Position numbers and translations under genes: made by a program. Positions 16,360-25,381 of a stretch of DNA of 32,000 bases are shown piece after piece. Each line of letters starts with the position of its first letter. Position 1 is the first letter of the stretch. The stretch is from Methanothermobacter marburgensis str. Marburg (GTDB lineage: Archaea; Methanobacteriota; Methanobacteria; Methanobacteriales; Methanothermobacteraceae), in NCBI RefSeq assembly GCF_000145295.1, contig NC_014408.1, positions 840,001 through 872,000 of the forward strand. The letters are read 5' to 3'. A model generated the notes under the pieces. That model did no database searches and was not told the origin of the DNA. It worked only from the letters and a program-made list of their open reading frames with translations.

Positions 16360-16516
16360 TAATCATACAATATATATCTTACATGATAATGAAGGATAGA
16401 GGTGGACAGGGGGTGCAGAGTACATACTTCTTTTTGCAGCCATCATAATAATCGCAGTTGCAGCCCTCTACATATACAGCTCCTACTTCAAAATCCCGGG
16501 AAACGAGACAGTTGAG

Positions 16517-16945
16517 GTGAAGCTCACAATAACAAACATCGGCCCATCAAAGAGTGTCTTTATCTATGAGGCCAATAACACCACCGGTGGTGGTAGCAGG
16601 CACATCGTATCGGGGGACCCTGGTAATCGCTTTTTCCTCCTCCAGCCAGGTTCAAGCATGACCTTTAACCTTGGCCGGATGAGTGCCGGAACCAGCTTCA
16701 CGATTGAGGGTGGTGTCGGTGATCCAAGAAGAGGCGCGAGCGACCTCAAGGGTATAGGCCAGATGGGGAGGTGGACACTGAAGATAGGAAACCAGACCTA
16801 CTCCTGGACCATCAGCGGCCCGTTTGACTACCGTAAGAACCCCACCGGAAGTGTCCTCATGTCATTCTCCATAGCAGGGGGCGGAGGATCACCCTTCAGG
16901 TTCACCGCAGACCAGGCCCAGGTGCGGGGTAACGTATCAAGGTAG
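16517..16945 (+). CDS. Exported beta-rich (CARDB-like) protein; the annotated ORF probably lacks its N-terminal anchor (see frameshift finding)
   Basis: VEVKLTITNIGPSK is typical of the first strand of CARDB-like domains. The frame is open back to 16400 and encodes a TM helix but has no canonical start. An SD plus GTG at 16413 sits in another frame. Confidence 0.6.
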   Translation: MKLTITNIGPSKSVFIYEANNTTGGGSRHIVSGDPGNRFFLLQPGSSMTFNLGRMSAGTSFTIEGGVGDPRRGASDLKGIGQMGRWTLKIGNQTYSWTISGPFDYRKNPTGSVLMSFSIAGGGGSPFRFTADQAQVRGNVSR

Positions 16946-17446
16946 GTGCCAGGGATGAAAAAATACAGGAAGGCCACCTTCGGTGCCGGATGCTTCTGGG
17001 GAGTTGAGGATGCATTCAGGAGAATCAGGGGTGTTGTATCCACCCGTGTGGGGTACATGGGGGGCCACATGAAAAACCCCACCTATGAGGATGTCTGCAC
17101 CGGACTTACAGGGCATGCAGAGGTTGTTGAGGTCACCTTTGACCCTGCCCTTGTAAGCTACAGTGAGCTCCTCGATGTCTTCTGGAGCATCCATGACCCC
17201 ACAAGCCTCAACAGGCAGGGGCCGGACGTGGGTGAGCAGTACCGTTCAGTGATATTCTACCATGACGATGAACAGAGGAGGCTGGCAGTGGAGTCAAGGA
17301 GGAAGCTTGAGGAGTCAGGGAGGTTCACTGGGAAGATCGTGACGGCCATTGAACCAGCAGGTACCTTCTATGAGGCCGAGGACTACCACCAGCAGTACCT
17401 CGAGAAGAACAGGACACAAAGATGTTATCTCAGGAGGCTACTCTGA
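16946..17446 (+). CDS. msrA: Peptide-methionine (S)-S-oxide reductase MsrA
   Basis: The GAGCFWGVE active-site motif and downstream GYMGG...NPTYEDVC...HAEVV...DP...NRQG.D.G.QYRS are canonical MsrA. The likely start is ATG 16955 ([16 protein letters not shown]). Confidence 0.9.
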   Translation: MPGMKKYRKATFGAGCFWGVEDAFRRIRGVVSTRVGYMGGHMKNPTYEDVCTGLTGHAEVVEVTFDPALVSYSELLDVFWSIHDPTSLNRQGPDVGEQYRSVIFYHDDEQRRLAVESRRKLEESGRFTGKIVTAIEPAGTFYEAEDYHQQYLEKNRTQRCYLRRLL

Positions 17447-17485
17447 GGGCACTGCCCTGAAATAGAAGGTGAGGTGAATGTTTAA

Positions 17486-19159
17486 ATGAAGGAGGTCAGG
17501 GATGATGTTGCACTGGTCCTCTGCGGTGAGGCCGGGCAGGGGATACAGACCGTTGAGGCACTCCTTATAAGGGCCTTCAGTGCCACGGGGTACCATATAT
17601 TCTCCTCCAAGGAGTACATGTCCCGTGTGCGTGGCGGTGAAAACTCCACACTCATAAGGGTCTCGTCAGGGCCTGTGAGGGCATTCGTGGACCGTATAGA
17701 TGTCCTCTTTGCCCTGAGCCCGGGAGCAGTGGACCACCTGAGGGAGAGAATCAACGGGACGCTGATTATTGCAGATAAGAGCTTCGGTGAGGAGGACGCC
17801 ATTGACCTTCCCATACTGGAGGAGGCTGAGAAACTGGGGGGGCGGATATTCGCCAATGTTGTGGCTGCAGGTGCCGCGGCCCGTCTCTTCATGGTTGAAG
17901 AGAGTGTCTTTGACGATGCCGTAAGGTCACTGTTTGAGCGTAAAGGGCCTGAGATCCTCAATGCAGACCTTAAGGCTGGCAGAAAGGGGTATGAACTTGG
18001 TGAGGAACTAAAAAACCACCTGAGAGTCTCTGTTGAACCGGACCCCTCTGTCAGGAAACACGTAATCCTCAACGGTACTGAGGCCGTGGGCCTCGGGTGT
18101 ATAGCAGGGGGGTGCAGGTTCATGTCATCCTACCCCATGACCCCCTCAAGCCCCCTCCAGATATTCATCGCAGAGAATGCCGATGAATTTGATATGGTAT
18201 TTGAGCAGGCTGAGGACGAGATTGCAGCCATAAACATGTGCCTTGGAGCGTCATATGCAGGTGCCAGGTCACTTGTTGCAACCTCAGGGAGTGGTTTTGC
18301 CCTCATGGAGGAGGCCGTGGGCCTTGCAGGGATGATAGAGACCCCTGTTGTCATATACATTGGTCAAAGGCCCGGGCCGGCGGTTGGTCTCCCCACGAGG
18401 ACGGCCCAGGAGGACCTGAACCTGGCCCTCTATTCGGGACCCGGAGAGTTTGCAAGGAGCATATTCGCCCCTGGGAAACTCGAGGATGCTCCTGAAATAG
18501 CGGCCCATGCATTCAACCTTGCAGACAGGTACCAGATACCCGTCTTCATACTATCAGACCAGTACCTGGCGGACCTCTACTACAACCTCCCGGCACCTGA
18601 AATCAGAGTGGAGCCAGAGTATCATATCATAGAAACGGATGCCAGCTACAGGAGGTTCAGCCTCACAGAGGAAGGTATCTCCCCCCGGGGGATTCCAGGC
18701 TACGGCTCTGGACTTGTACGTGTTGATTCAGATGAACATGACGAGGACGGCTTCATAACAGAGGACCTCAATATAAGAATGAGAATGGTTGAGAAGAGGA
18801 ATCTGCGCCTTGAAATGCTCAGGGACGATGCACTCCCACCTGAGGTCTGGGGTGACGACTCCAGTGCAGTGATATGCTGGGGCTCCACCTACTGGCCTGT
18901 GAGGGAGGCCATTGAGTCATCTGATGCCGAGGTCACCATGGTGCACTTCAGTCAGGTCTACCCCCTGGCACCTGATACCCGTGAGCTTCTCGAATCATTT
19001 GATGTGACAGCCGTCGTTGAGAACAACTACCGGGGACAGTTTGCTGATCTCCTTAAACTTGAGGCCGGCTTCGAGGTTGACCATCGACTCAACAGGTACA
19101 ATGGTATGCCCTTCAGTGTTGAGGAGATAAGGAAATTCATAGGGGAGGTTTTTGAATGA
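17486..19159 (+). CDS. 2-oxoacid:ferredoxin oxidoreductase alpha subunit (gamma-alpha fusion type)
   Basis: The N-terminal gamma-like domain is [16 protein letters not shown]. The alpha domain is [26 protein letters not shown]...[11 protein letters not shown] strong GGTGAGGTGA SD precedes it. Confidence 0.9.
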   Translation: MKEVRDDVALVLCGEAGQGIQTVEALLIRAFSATGYHIFSSKEYMSRVRGGENSTLIRVSSGPVRAFVDRIDVLFALSPGAVDHLRERINGTLIIADKSFGEEDAIDLPILEEAEKLGGRIFANVVAAGAAARLFMVEESVFDDAVRSLFERKGPEILNADLKAGRKGYELGEELKNHLRVSVEPDPSVRKHVILNGTEAVGLGCIAGGCRFMSSYPMTPSSPLQIFIAENADEFDMVFEQAEDEIAAINMCLGASYAGARSLVATSGSGFALMEEAVGLAGMIETPVVIYIGQRPGPAVGLPTRTAQEDLNLALYSGPGEFARSIFAPGKLEDAPEIAAHAFNLADRYQIPVFILSDQYLADLYYNLPAPEIRVEPEYHIIETDASYRRFSLTEEGISPRGIPGYGSGLVRVDSDEHDEDGFITEDLNIRMRMVEKRNLRLEMLRDDALPPEVWGDDSSAVICWGSTYWPVREAIESSDAEVTMVHFSQVYPLAPDTRELLESFDVTAVVENNYRGQFADLLKLEAGFEVDHRLNRYNGMPFSVEEIRKFIGEVFE

Positions 19160-20022
19160 AACCCGAGGACTATGACCTTGAGGCAGACGTGGCATGGTGC
19201 CCTGGTTGCGGTAACTTTTTGATTCTCCGGGCCCTCAAGATGGCCCTTGCAGAACTTGATATACCACCTGAGAGGCTGGTGCTTGTCTCAGGTATAGGTC
19301 AGGCAGGTAAGCTCCCCCAGTACCTGAAGTGTAACTACTTCAACGGCCTTCATGGGAGGTCCCTCCCGGCTGCTGTGGCAGTAAAGGCCGTGAACCCTGA
19401 GCTCACCGTTATCGATGTGAGCGGTGATGGCTGCATGTACGGTGAGGGCGGCAACCACTTCATCCACAACATAAGGAGGAACCCTGATATAACAAATATC
19501 GTCCATAACAATATGGTCTATGGCCTCACAAAGGGGCAGGCGTCCCCCACCAGCCAGCCTGGCTTCAGGACCCCTGTGCAGGTTCACGGTGTCTTTGAGG
19601 AGCCCTTCAACCCCCTCGCAGTGGCCATTGCCCTTGGGGCCACCTTCGTTGCCCGGGCCTTTGCAGGTGATATTGAGAGGACCAGGGACATTCTCGTTGA
19701 GGCCATCAGGCACCATGGCTATGCCCTCGTGGATATCTTCCAGCCCTGTGTGACCTTCAACCGTGTCAACACGTTCCAGTGGTTCCGTGAGAACACCTAC
19801 TACACTAACCATGACACGTCAGACAGGACGCTTGCCTTTGAGAAGTCCCTTGAGGGTTACGGTTCAGGGAAGTTTCCGCTGGGTATAATCTACCGTGCTG
19901 ATGGTGGAGCCACATTTGAGGAGAACCTCAGTATATACCATAGGGATGCAACTCCACTGTGGAGGAGGAGGCATGATCCTGGTAAGCTGAAGGCCCTCCT
20001 TGAATCAAAGAGGATGCTTTAA
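19156..20022 (+). CDS. 2-oxoacid:ferredoxin oxidoreductase beta (TPP-binding) subunit
   Basis: Motifs are [11 protein letters not shown] and the TPP motif [40 protein letters not shown]. An ATGA start/stop overlap with the alpha gene indicates translational coupling. Confidence 0.9.
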   Translation: MKPEDYDLEADVAWCPGCGNFLILRALKMALAELDIPPERLVLVSGIGQAGKLPQYLKCNYFNGLHGRSLPAAVAVKAVNPELTVIDVSGDGCMYGEGGNHFIHNIRRNPDITNIVHNNMVYGLTKGQASPTSQPGFRTPVQVHGVFEEPFNPLAVAIALGATFVARAFAGDIERTRDILVEAIRHHGYALVDIFQPCVTFNRVNTFQWFRENTYYTNHDTSDRTLAFEKSLEGYGSGKFPLGIIYRADGGATFEENLSIYHRDATPLWRRRHDPGKLKALLESKRML

Positions 20023-20072
20023 TATGTATTTTAATTGACCATGCTTTTAAGCATTGCACTGGAGAATCTGGT

Positions 20073-20417
20073 ATGGAAGTCAGGCTTTACATAACAGAGG
20101 GTGACATTGAGGACCACCATGTCTTCAGGGAGAAACTCAGCCTTTCAGGTCTCAGCTGGAGGCAGACTGACCTCGAGGATGCAGATGCTGTGATAATCCT
20201 TGCAGGCCTCTGGGGAACCATGAAAGAAAGGATAATGGATGATGTTAAAAGGGCCCTAAAACTCTCCAAGCCCATAATAACCGTGAGGCCCTATGGCCTT
20301 GAGAACGTGCCTGTGGAACTTGAAAAAGTGAGTTCAGAGATTGTTGGATGGAACCCCCACTGCATAGGGGAAGCCATTGAGGATGCAGTTAATCCAGAGG
20401 AGAGGAATCAAACCTGA
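20073..20417 (+). CDS. MTH538-type TIR-like domain protein (DUF1863 / ThsB-like family), stand-alone
   Basis: The 114-aa protein has the pattern VRLYIT...[14 protein letters not shown]...[22 protein letters not shown]......IVGWN. This fits the flavodoxin/TIR-like DUF1863 family founded by M. thermautotrophicus MTH538. Confidence 0.75.
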   Translation: MEVRLYITEGDIEDHHVFREKLSLSGLSWRQTDLEDADAVIILAGLWGTMKERIMDDVKRALKLSKPIITVRPYGLENVPVELEKVSSEIVGWNPHCIGEAIEDAVNPEERNQT

Positions 20418-20502
20418 AATTGATGCAGTTAATCACAGATTAAAATCAGAGTTAAATGAAATCATGATATGGTGAATCCAGAGGATAAGAATTAAGCCTG
20501 AA

Positions 20503-20535
20503 TGAAAAAATAAAGGGGGTTGGCCTCTTTAGGCC
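20503..20535 (-). terminator. Stop-codon-spanning hairpin followed by an oligo-U tract
   Basis: GGCCT (20522-20526) and AGGCC (20531-20535) form a stem with a 4-nt loop. On the minus strand it is followed by CCCCCTTTATTTTTTC. Confidence 0.4.
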
Positions 20536-21074
20536 GATGATTTAACCACAAACATGCCGGGTTTCCTTGATGTGGGGTGGTATATCTTGTTGTAGCCACT
20601 GTAGTTATAGTCCACCCAGCTTCCACCGCTGTACACCTGTACTGTACGGTGTCGTGGTGACATGCTCGTGGCGTACTGTATTATACGCACCTTCTTCCCG
20701 GCTGATGTGAGTTTTTTATATAAGTATTCACTCATAGCCCAGCAGTCCCCTATGTCTGGATCATAACGGTACGTGCTGGTGCTGTAGGCCGCCCGTACCC
20801 TCTTTTTCTTGTAGTACTTATATTTCTTGTAGTACCTTTTCTTCACACTGGTACGGTACGTAGCCTTGACCTTCTTCCTGTAGGTCTTTTTATATTTCTT
20901 GTATTTCTTGTACTTGTATGCGGCGTCAACCTTCACAGGTTCCGCCTTTATGGTCTGTGTTTTTGCCACTATTTTTGCGTTTTCTGTTCCAGTATTTGTT
21001 GCCTCACTGATGGGCACTGAACCCACAGTGAACATCAGTGCAAAGAGCACTGTGACTGCTTTGAATCGCGTAAT
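20529..21074 (-). CDS. Secreted Lys/Tyr-rich protein with a C-terminal transglutaminase-like (Cys-His-Asp) domain
   Basis: A signal peptide precedes a K/Y/R-rich tract of about 50 aa (KYKKYKKYKKTYRKK...YYKKYKYYKKKR). The following domain has GDCWAMSEYLY (Cys), SPRHRTVQVY (His) and SWVDYNY (Asp). The ORF track starts at GTG 21050. I extend it to ATT 21074 because GGAGG lies 7 nt upstream and this restores a complete signal peptide. Confidence 0.7.
   Translation of the reverse strand: MTRFKAVTVLFALMFTVGSVPISEATNTGTENAKIVAKTQTIKAEPVKVDAAYKYKKYKKYKKTYRKKVKATYRTSVKKRYYKKYKYYKKKRVRAAYSTSTYRYDPDIGDCWAMSEYLYKKLTSAGKKVRIIQYATSMSPRHRTVQVYSGGSWVDYNYSGYNKIYHPTSRKPGMFVVKSSA
20763..20918 (-). repeat. Low-complexity coding tract (Lys/Tyr/Arg-rich) with degenerate short nucleotide repeats
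   Basis: The plus strand shows reiterated CTTGTA(G/T)T(A/T)(C/T)TT units. These translate on the minus strand to KYKKYKKYKK.../YYKKYKYYKKK. Confidence 0.6.
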
Positions 21075-21147
21075 TCTATCGCCTCCATGTCCAATACTAA
21101 CCCTTCAGGTCACTTAGGACACTGAGTCAATGGTTACATCATCATAG

Positions 21148-21155
21148 TATATAAA
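21148..21155 (-). promoter_or_regulatory. Consensus archaeal TATA box (TTTATATA on the minus strand) for the Lys/Tyr-rich protein gene
   Basis: The plus strand reads TATATAAA at 21148-21155. This predicts a TSS near 21123, upstream of the SD GGAGG (21082-21086) and the proposed start at 21074. Confidence 0.4.
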
Positions 21156-21487
21156 TGTTTCCATAAAATAAAAGCTCTGAGAGCTCCTTTAATCAAAAAA
21201 AGCCACCAGAATCCTTTTCTAATATTCAGATATTCTCTGAGAATCCATCCCACTTTATTTGAAGATAGGGACCATCATGGAATCCCATTTGGAGTTTAGG
21301 GGCAGAGGGGCTCCCCGATACGATGGAGATTCAGAAGGTAAATACTGTATAAAGAGTGACTTACAGGGCTTATTTCTGTTAAAGGAAGAACTAGAATGCT
21401 CAATAAATTAAAAGCAACATTAAAATGAAAATTTGAATTTAAAATGATTTTAAAGGCTTATATAAATCTAAAGAACTCTTTAAAGTG

Positions 21488-21536
21488 TCAAAAATGGAAA
21501 TAAAATTATTTGCGGGCTTTTAAAAATTTAGCCCGC
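21488..21536 (-). terminator. rad50 operon terminator: GC-rich hairpin spanning the stop codon, followed by U-tracts
   Basis: GCGGGCT (21512-21518) pairs with AGCCCGC (21530-21536) as a 7-bp stem with an 11-nt loop. Downstream on the minus strand is AAATAATTTTATTTCCATTTTTG. Confidence 0.5.
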
Positions 21537-24041
21537 CTTCTGTATGGTGGATACACCGTCGGACTTTTCAACCCGGTATATGTGGTCTGCAAGGTTTTCA
21601 AGTTCCTCCTCATGGGATACCAGGATTATCTGTCTGGCTTCAAGTTCATCGAAGATGTCTCTGAGCTTGTAGAGCTGCTCCTTGCTGAACCCATCGGTTG
21701 GCTCGTCCAGTATGAGTATATCAGACCGCACATCGGTGAGGCTCTGGACCACCATGTTGAGGGCGAGTCTGTAGGCAAGTGCTATGCTGGTCCTCTCACC
21801 ACCACTGAGGTACTCCAGGTTCTGTTCGTAGCCGTCCTGCTCCACAATGGGTGTGAAGTCCTCGTCAATCCGCACCGATTTATCCGGGTCATCCACAAGG
21901 ACCCTGAACCATTTCTGGAACCTCTCATTGAACTCATGGTTTATCTGTGCCATCACATGGGTCTCAATGTCAGCGAGTGCAGGGATGAAGTAGGATTCAA
22001 GCCAGGTCACATGATCATTCAGTTCACTGGCACGTTTTCTGAGTTTATTCTTTTCATCAATTTCAGCGTTAAGCCTTTTGATCTGATCATCTTTTTCCTC
22101 GATTTTTCCCCCAATGGATCCTATCATGTGTTTCTTCTTATCCCTTGATTCTTCACTTTTACTAAGTTTTTCACGGACCTCCCGTATACTGACCTCCACC
22201 TTCTCCCTGTTTTTGAGTGCCTCCTGGTTTTTCTTTATTTCCTCTTTCTTTTCAGCGATGATTGTAGCATTTTCCTCAATCTTCTGGAGGTTCTCTCCGT
22301 ATTCCCTGCTGGTTTCAGGGTTGAGTTCATGAATTCTTTTTTCAAGGTCCTCTATCTTCGAATCTGATGCTGAAAGTTCGCTGAAACAGTTCTTCTCCCT
22401 TTTAAGGAGGGCTTCCAGGTCCTCCTCAATTTTTCTGAAATGGGATTCCACATCCTTCAGTTCACTGATTATCCTTTCATTTTCCTTTATATCTGATTCA
22501 ATGCCTTTGATTTCTTCCTTCTTATTCTCAAGTTCCTTCTTTTTTTTCCCATATTCGGTTGTCTTCTTCTTAAGGTCCTTCCTGAGTCTACTGAGTTCTT
22601 CCCTAGACCGCATGTATTCTCTCACAGCTTCAAGGAGTTTGTTTTTATTTTCGATTTCAGCTTTGATCTCCTCTATGCTGGATTCAATTGAACCTTCCCT
22701 CTTCAGGGCATCATCGAGTTTATCAGTTATGTAGCTGGGGTCCACATCCTGGTCACATGTGGGACAGACACTTCTATCTCTGATGGACATGTAGGCATTT
22801 ATCTTCTCTGAGATGGCACCCTGCTCCTGCTGGAGCTTTGCTTTATCGTCCTCAAGTTTCGCTATATCAGCTTTCAATTCATCCTCACTGTATCCAGGAT
22901 CCTCAAGGGACTCCAGTTTTCCTATCTCTGATTTGAGGTCGTCAATCTCACCCTTAATTGTGGTGATTTCACGTTCCACATTGTCCATGACACCTGAAAG
23001 GGTCTTAAATTGATTCTTAAGACCTTCAAGCTTGGTAGTAGCATCTCTGAACCTTTCATAGTCATCTCTGATGGATTTTTCCTCATCCTTCATCTTTTCA
23101 ATATCATTTCTGAGTGAATCATGTTCCTCCTGAAGCTTTTTCCTCAAATCCTTGCACTTCTGAAGTTCATCCATGGATTTCTTATATTCTTCCTCTATGT
23201 CCCTGTTTTTCCTCTTGAGACTATCTGAGAATGAACTCAGGTTTTCAATTTCATTCTTGAGGGATTCTATCCTATCTTCAGCAGCCCGAATCTTGTTTTC
23301 CTCCTTTTCGAGTTCTTCAAGTTCCAGTTCGAGTTTGCTGATCTCATCCTCGATTTCTTTGAGTTCAGCTTCGAGATTTTCCCTCTCAGATTCCAGTTCC
23401 CCCTTCTCAGTGATAATATTGTTGAGCTCATTTTTCTTATCATCAAGGTCGTAGGATCTATCCTCAAGGCTTTCTGCGGATCTCCTAATTTTCCGCGAAA
23501 GCAACCTGGCATTATCCGCTGCTCTGCTGTACTTCTCAAGGTCGAAGGCCTTTCTGAGCCTTTCAAGCCGCTCATTTTTTCCGGTCTCTATTATGCTCTT
23601 CATCTGCTCCTGTGGGGTGAAGACCGCGTAACGGTATATCCTGCTCCTGGCCCTTGGATTCAGGGGTTCCCTGTAACCCAGGATGTTAAGTACCTCGGCC
23701 TTCAGTTCCTTTGCAGAGAGTTTCCTTCTCCCTGTGGGTGTTCTGATGTAGAGTTCCCCCTGCTGCACCCCTGAGGCGGCCCTTTTAAGTTCCCGGTAGA
23801 TGGTGTACTCTGCACCGTCAACAGTGAAGGTGAGTTTGACTGAACCTGAATTTGCTGTAGCCCTCAGAAGGCTGTCACCCCTCTGGTCACCCAGCCCGAA
23901 GAGTGCGAATTCTATTGCAAGTAGAAGCGTCGTCTTACCTGAACCTATATCGCCCTCAAATAGGGTCACTCCATCATCAAACTCGACAGTTCCTGATTCA
24001 TAGCTCCTTATGTTCCTGAGTTCAAGTGAATTGATAATCAA
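21528..24041 (-). CDS. rad50: Rad50 DNA double-strand-break repair ATPase
   Basis: Motifs are Walker [21 protein letters not shown], a long E/K-rich coiled coil with the zinc hook SVCPTCDQ, the signature [17 protein letters not shown] and Walker [11 protein letters not shown]. The start is TTG at 24041, preceded by a GGTGGTGA SD. Confidence 0.95.
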   Translation of the reverse strand: MIINSLELRNIRSYESGTVEFDDGVTLFEGDIGSGKTTLLLAIEFALFGLGDQRGDSLLRATANSGSVKLTFTVDGAEYTIYRELKRAASGVQQGELYIRTPTGRRKLSAKELKAEVLNILGYREPLNPRARSRIYRYAVFTPQEQMKSIIETGKNERLERLRKAFDLEKYSRAADNARLLSRKIRRSAESLEDRSYDLDDKKNELNNIITEKGELESERENLEAELKEIEDEISKLELELEELEKEENKIRAAEDRIESLKNEIENLSSFSDSLKRKNRDIEEEYKKSMDELQKCKDLRKKLQEEHDSLRNDIEKMKDEEKSIRDDYERFRDATTKLEGLKNQFKTLSGVMDNVEREITTIKGEIDDLKSEIGKLESLEDPGYSEDELKADIAKLEDDKAKLQQEQGAISEKINAYMSIRDRSVCPTCDQDVDPSYITDKLDDALKREGSIESSIEEIKAEIENKNKLLEAVREYMRSREELSRLRKDLKKKTTEYGKKKKELENKKEEIKGIESDIKENERIISELKDVESHFRKIEEDLEALLKREKNCFSELSASDSKIEDLEKRIHELNPETSREYGENLQKIEENATIIAEKKEEIKKNQEALKNREKVEVSIREVREKLSKSEESRDKKKHMIGSIGGKIEEKDDQIKRLNAEIDEKNKLRKRASELNDHVTWLESYFIPALADIETHVMAQINHEFNERFQKWFRVLVDDPDKSVRIDEDFTPIVEQDGYEQNLEYLSGGERTSIALAYRLALNMVVQSLTDVRSDILILDEPTDGFSKEQLYKLRDIFDELEARQIILVSHEEELENLADHIYRVEKSDGVSTIQKAG

Positions 24042-24114
24042 AGAGTATCACCACCAGCATATCAGTTACCTGGATTCACCCGAGAGCAGGTCAACACCAT
24101 CATCTCTCCTGAGG

Positions 24115-25380
24115 TCATCGGTTATCATCATCCAGATTCACCCCCATGACGGCCTCTGCTTCCTCAATGACCCTCCTCTCATATTCTTCCTTCTTCTCAC
24201 CGGGGGCCATCTCATTCTCAAGTTTCCTGAGGAGTTCAACCGCCAGTGAGTCGCCCCTCTTCATGAGACTTTTGTTTCTGATGTCAAGGCCGGAGAGTTT
24301 CTCCCTGAAGATTCTCCTCTCAAGTGCGGGGATGTCACTCTCAGCGACCCTCACCTTCTGTATCTCACGGGTGCTGAGGCCGTGCCTGTTGATCTGGACA
24401 ACACGGGCCCCCCTGGATTCAAGTTCCCTCCTTATCCATGCTGAATCTATGTCCGAGGTCCTGCCTGAGCTGAGCTCACCCCGGATCTTGAACATCACAA
24501 CCTTTCCCTTAACATCGTGTTCTCCCATTTCCCTGCCTATGAGGAGGGATGCGTCATGGGAGTTCTTACCTGTAACATCACATTCTATGTATTCAAATTC
24601 AGCTGGCATTATAACCCTGAACTGGGGTGTTTTTGCCTTTTCCCTGAATTCAACAAGGTAGTACCCCCTCTTCTCTCCCCTGGCGTTCTCCTCAAGGTCC
24701 CCTGCATATGAACCGAAGAGTGCCCCCGGGTATACTATAGGGCCGTAGCCCTCCTCCATGTAGCAGCCCCTCCTGTGGACGTGGCCCCCTGCATAGTACT
24801 CAAGGCCACGGGGGAAGAGGTTGAGGTCGATGGAATCCATCTCTGCAAAATCAACGGGTTTGAACTGGGTTATGGCGCTGTGGAACAGGAATATCCTGAA
24901 GCCGTCCTCGGCCTCAAGGACCTCCCTGTCAAGGTTTCTGAAGTAGTCAACCTCCAGCGCCCTTGACCTCCCTGATAAACCAGTGATCTTTGCCCCGGTC
25001 TTCTCATCCACTGTGAACTCCAGTCCCAGCTTCTTCCCGGGGATGGGGCGCACAACCTTCTCTATGACCCCCGCGGTTTCCAGTATGTCTATCATGGAGG
25101 TGTTTGATGGGCTGTAGTCGTGGCTACCATAGTTGACGTAGATTGGGACCCCCTCATCCCTGACCCTCCTGAGTTCCAGGGTGGCCCTCTTGACGGTCTC
25201 CATGTTTGGGATGTTGGAGTGGAAGAGGTCCCCCGCTATTATCATGAAGTCGACGTCATTCTCCAGTGCATCATCCAGTGCCATCCTGAAGGCCTGGAAT
25301 TCCAGTTCCCTGAGTTCAGGCTGTTTCTGGGCCCCCAGGTGGCAGTCTGATAGGTGCGCGAATCTGTACATCAGTTTCAC
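24115..25380 (-). CDS. mre11: Mre11 nuclease (calcineurin-like phosphoesterase)
   Basis: Phosphoesterase motifs are [25 protein letters not shown] and GGHVHRR. The likely start is ATG 25371 (MYRFAHLSD), because the GAGGTGA SD overlaps the herA stop. Confidence 0.93.
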   Translation of the reverse strand: MKLMYRFAHLSDCHLGAQKQPELRELEFQAFRMALDDALENDVDFMIIAGDLFHSNIPNMETVKRATLELRRVRDEGVPIYVNYGSHDYSPSNTSMIDILETAGVIEKVVRPIPGKKLGLEFTVDEKTGAKITGLSGRSRALEVDYFRNLDREVLEAEDGFRIFLFHSAITQFKPVDFAEMDSIDLNLFPRGLEYYAGGHVHRRGCYMEEGYGPIVYPGALFGSYAGDLEENARGEKRGYYLVEFREKAKTPQFRVIMPAEFEYIECDVTGKNSHDASLLIGREMGEHDVKGKVVMFKIRGELSSGRTSDIDSAWIRRELESRGARVVQINRHGLSTREIQKVRVAESDIPALERRIFREKLSGLDIRNKSLMKRGDSLAVELLRKLENEMAPGEKKEEYERRVIEEAEAVMGVNLDDDNR

Positions 25381-25381
25381 C

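Noticed and set aside
17482-18123. A 213-aa minus-strand ORF opposite the oxidoreductase alpha gene.
   Set aside because: It is an antisense shadow with Ser/Pro/Arg/Ala-rich composition. The plus frame has canonical OFOR motifs and a strong SD.
21277-21411. A 44-codon plus-strand ORF (MESHLEFRGRGAPRYDGDSEGKYCIKSDLQGLFLLKEELECSIN) in the long spacer.
   Set aside because: It has only a weak SD-like AGGGA and no TATA at a suitable distance. I cannot assess conservation, so it is kept only as a note within the spacer finding.
21510-23454. Several plus-strand ORFs (21510-22148, 22114-22332, 22501-22734, 22813-23013, 23173-23454) inside rad50.
   Set aside because: They are Ser/Phe/Leu-rich antisense translations of the Glu/Lys-rich coiled-coil codons, a typical compositional artefact.
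22100-23500. Apparent short nucleotide repeats (GAA/AAG/CTT-rich periodicity) in rad50, as possible tandem repeats.
   Set aside because: They reflect the heptad Glu/Lys/Leu coiled-coil coding bias. No unit repeats exactly.
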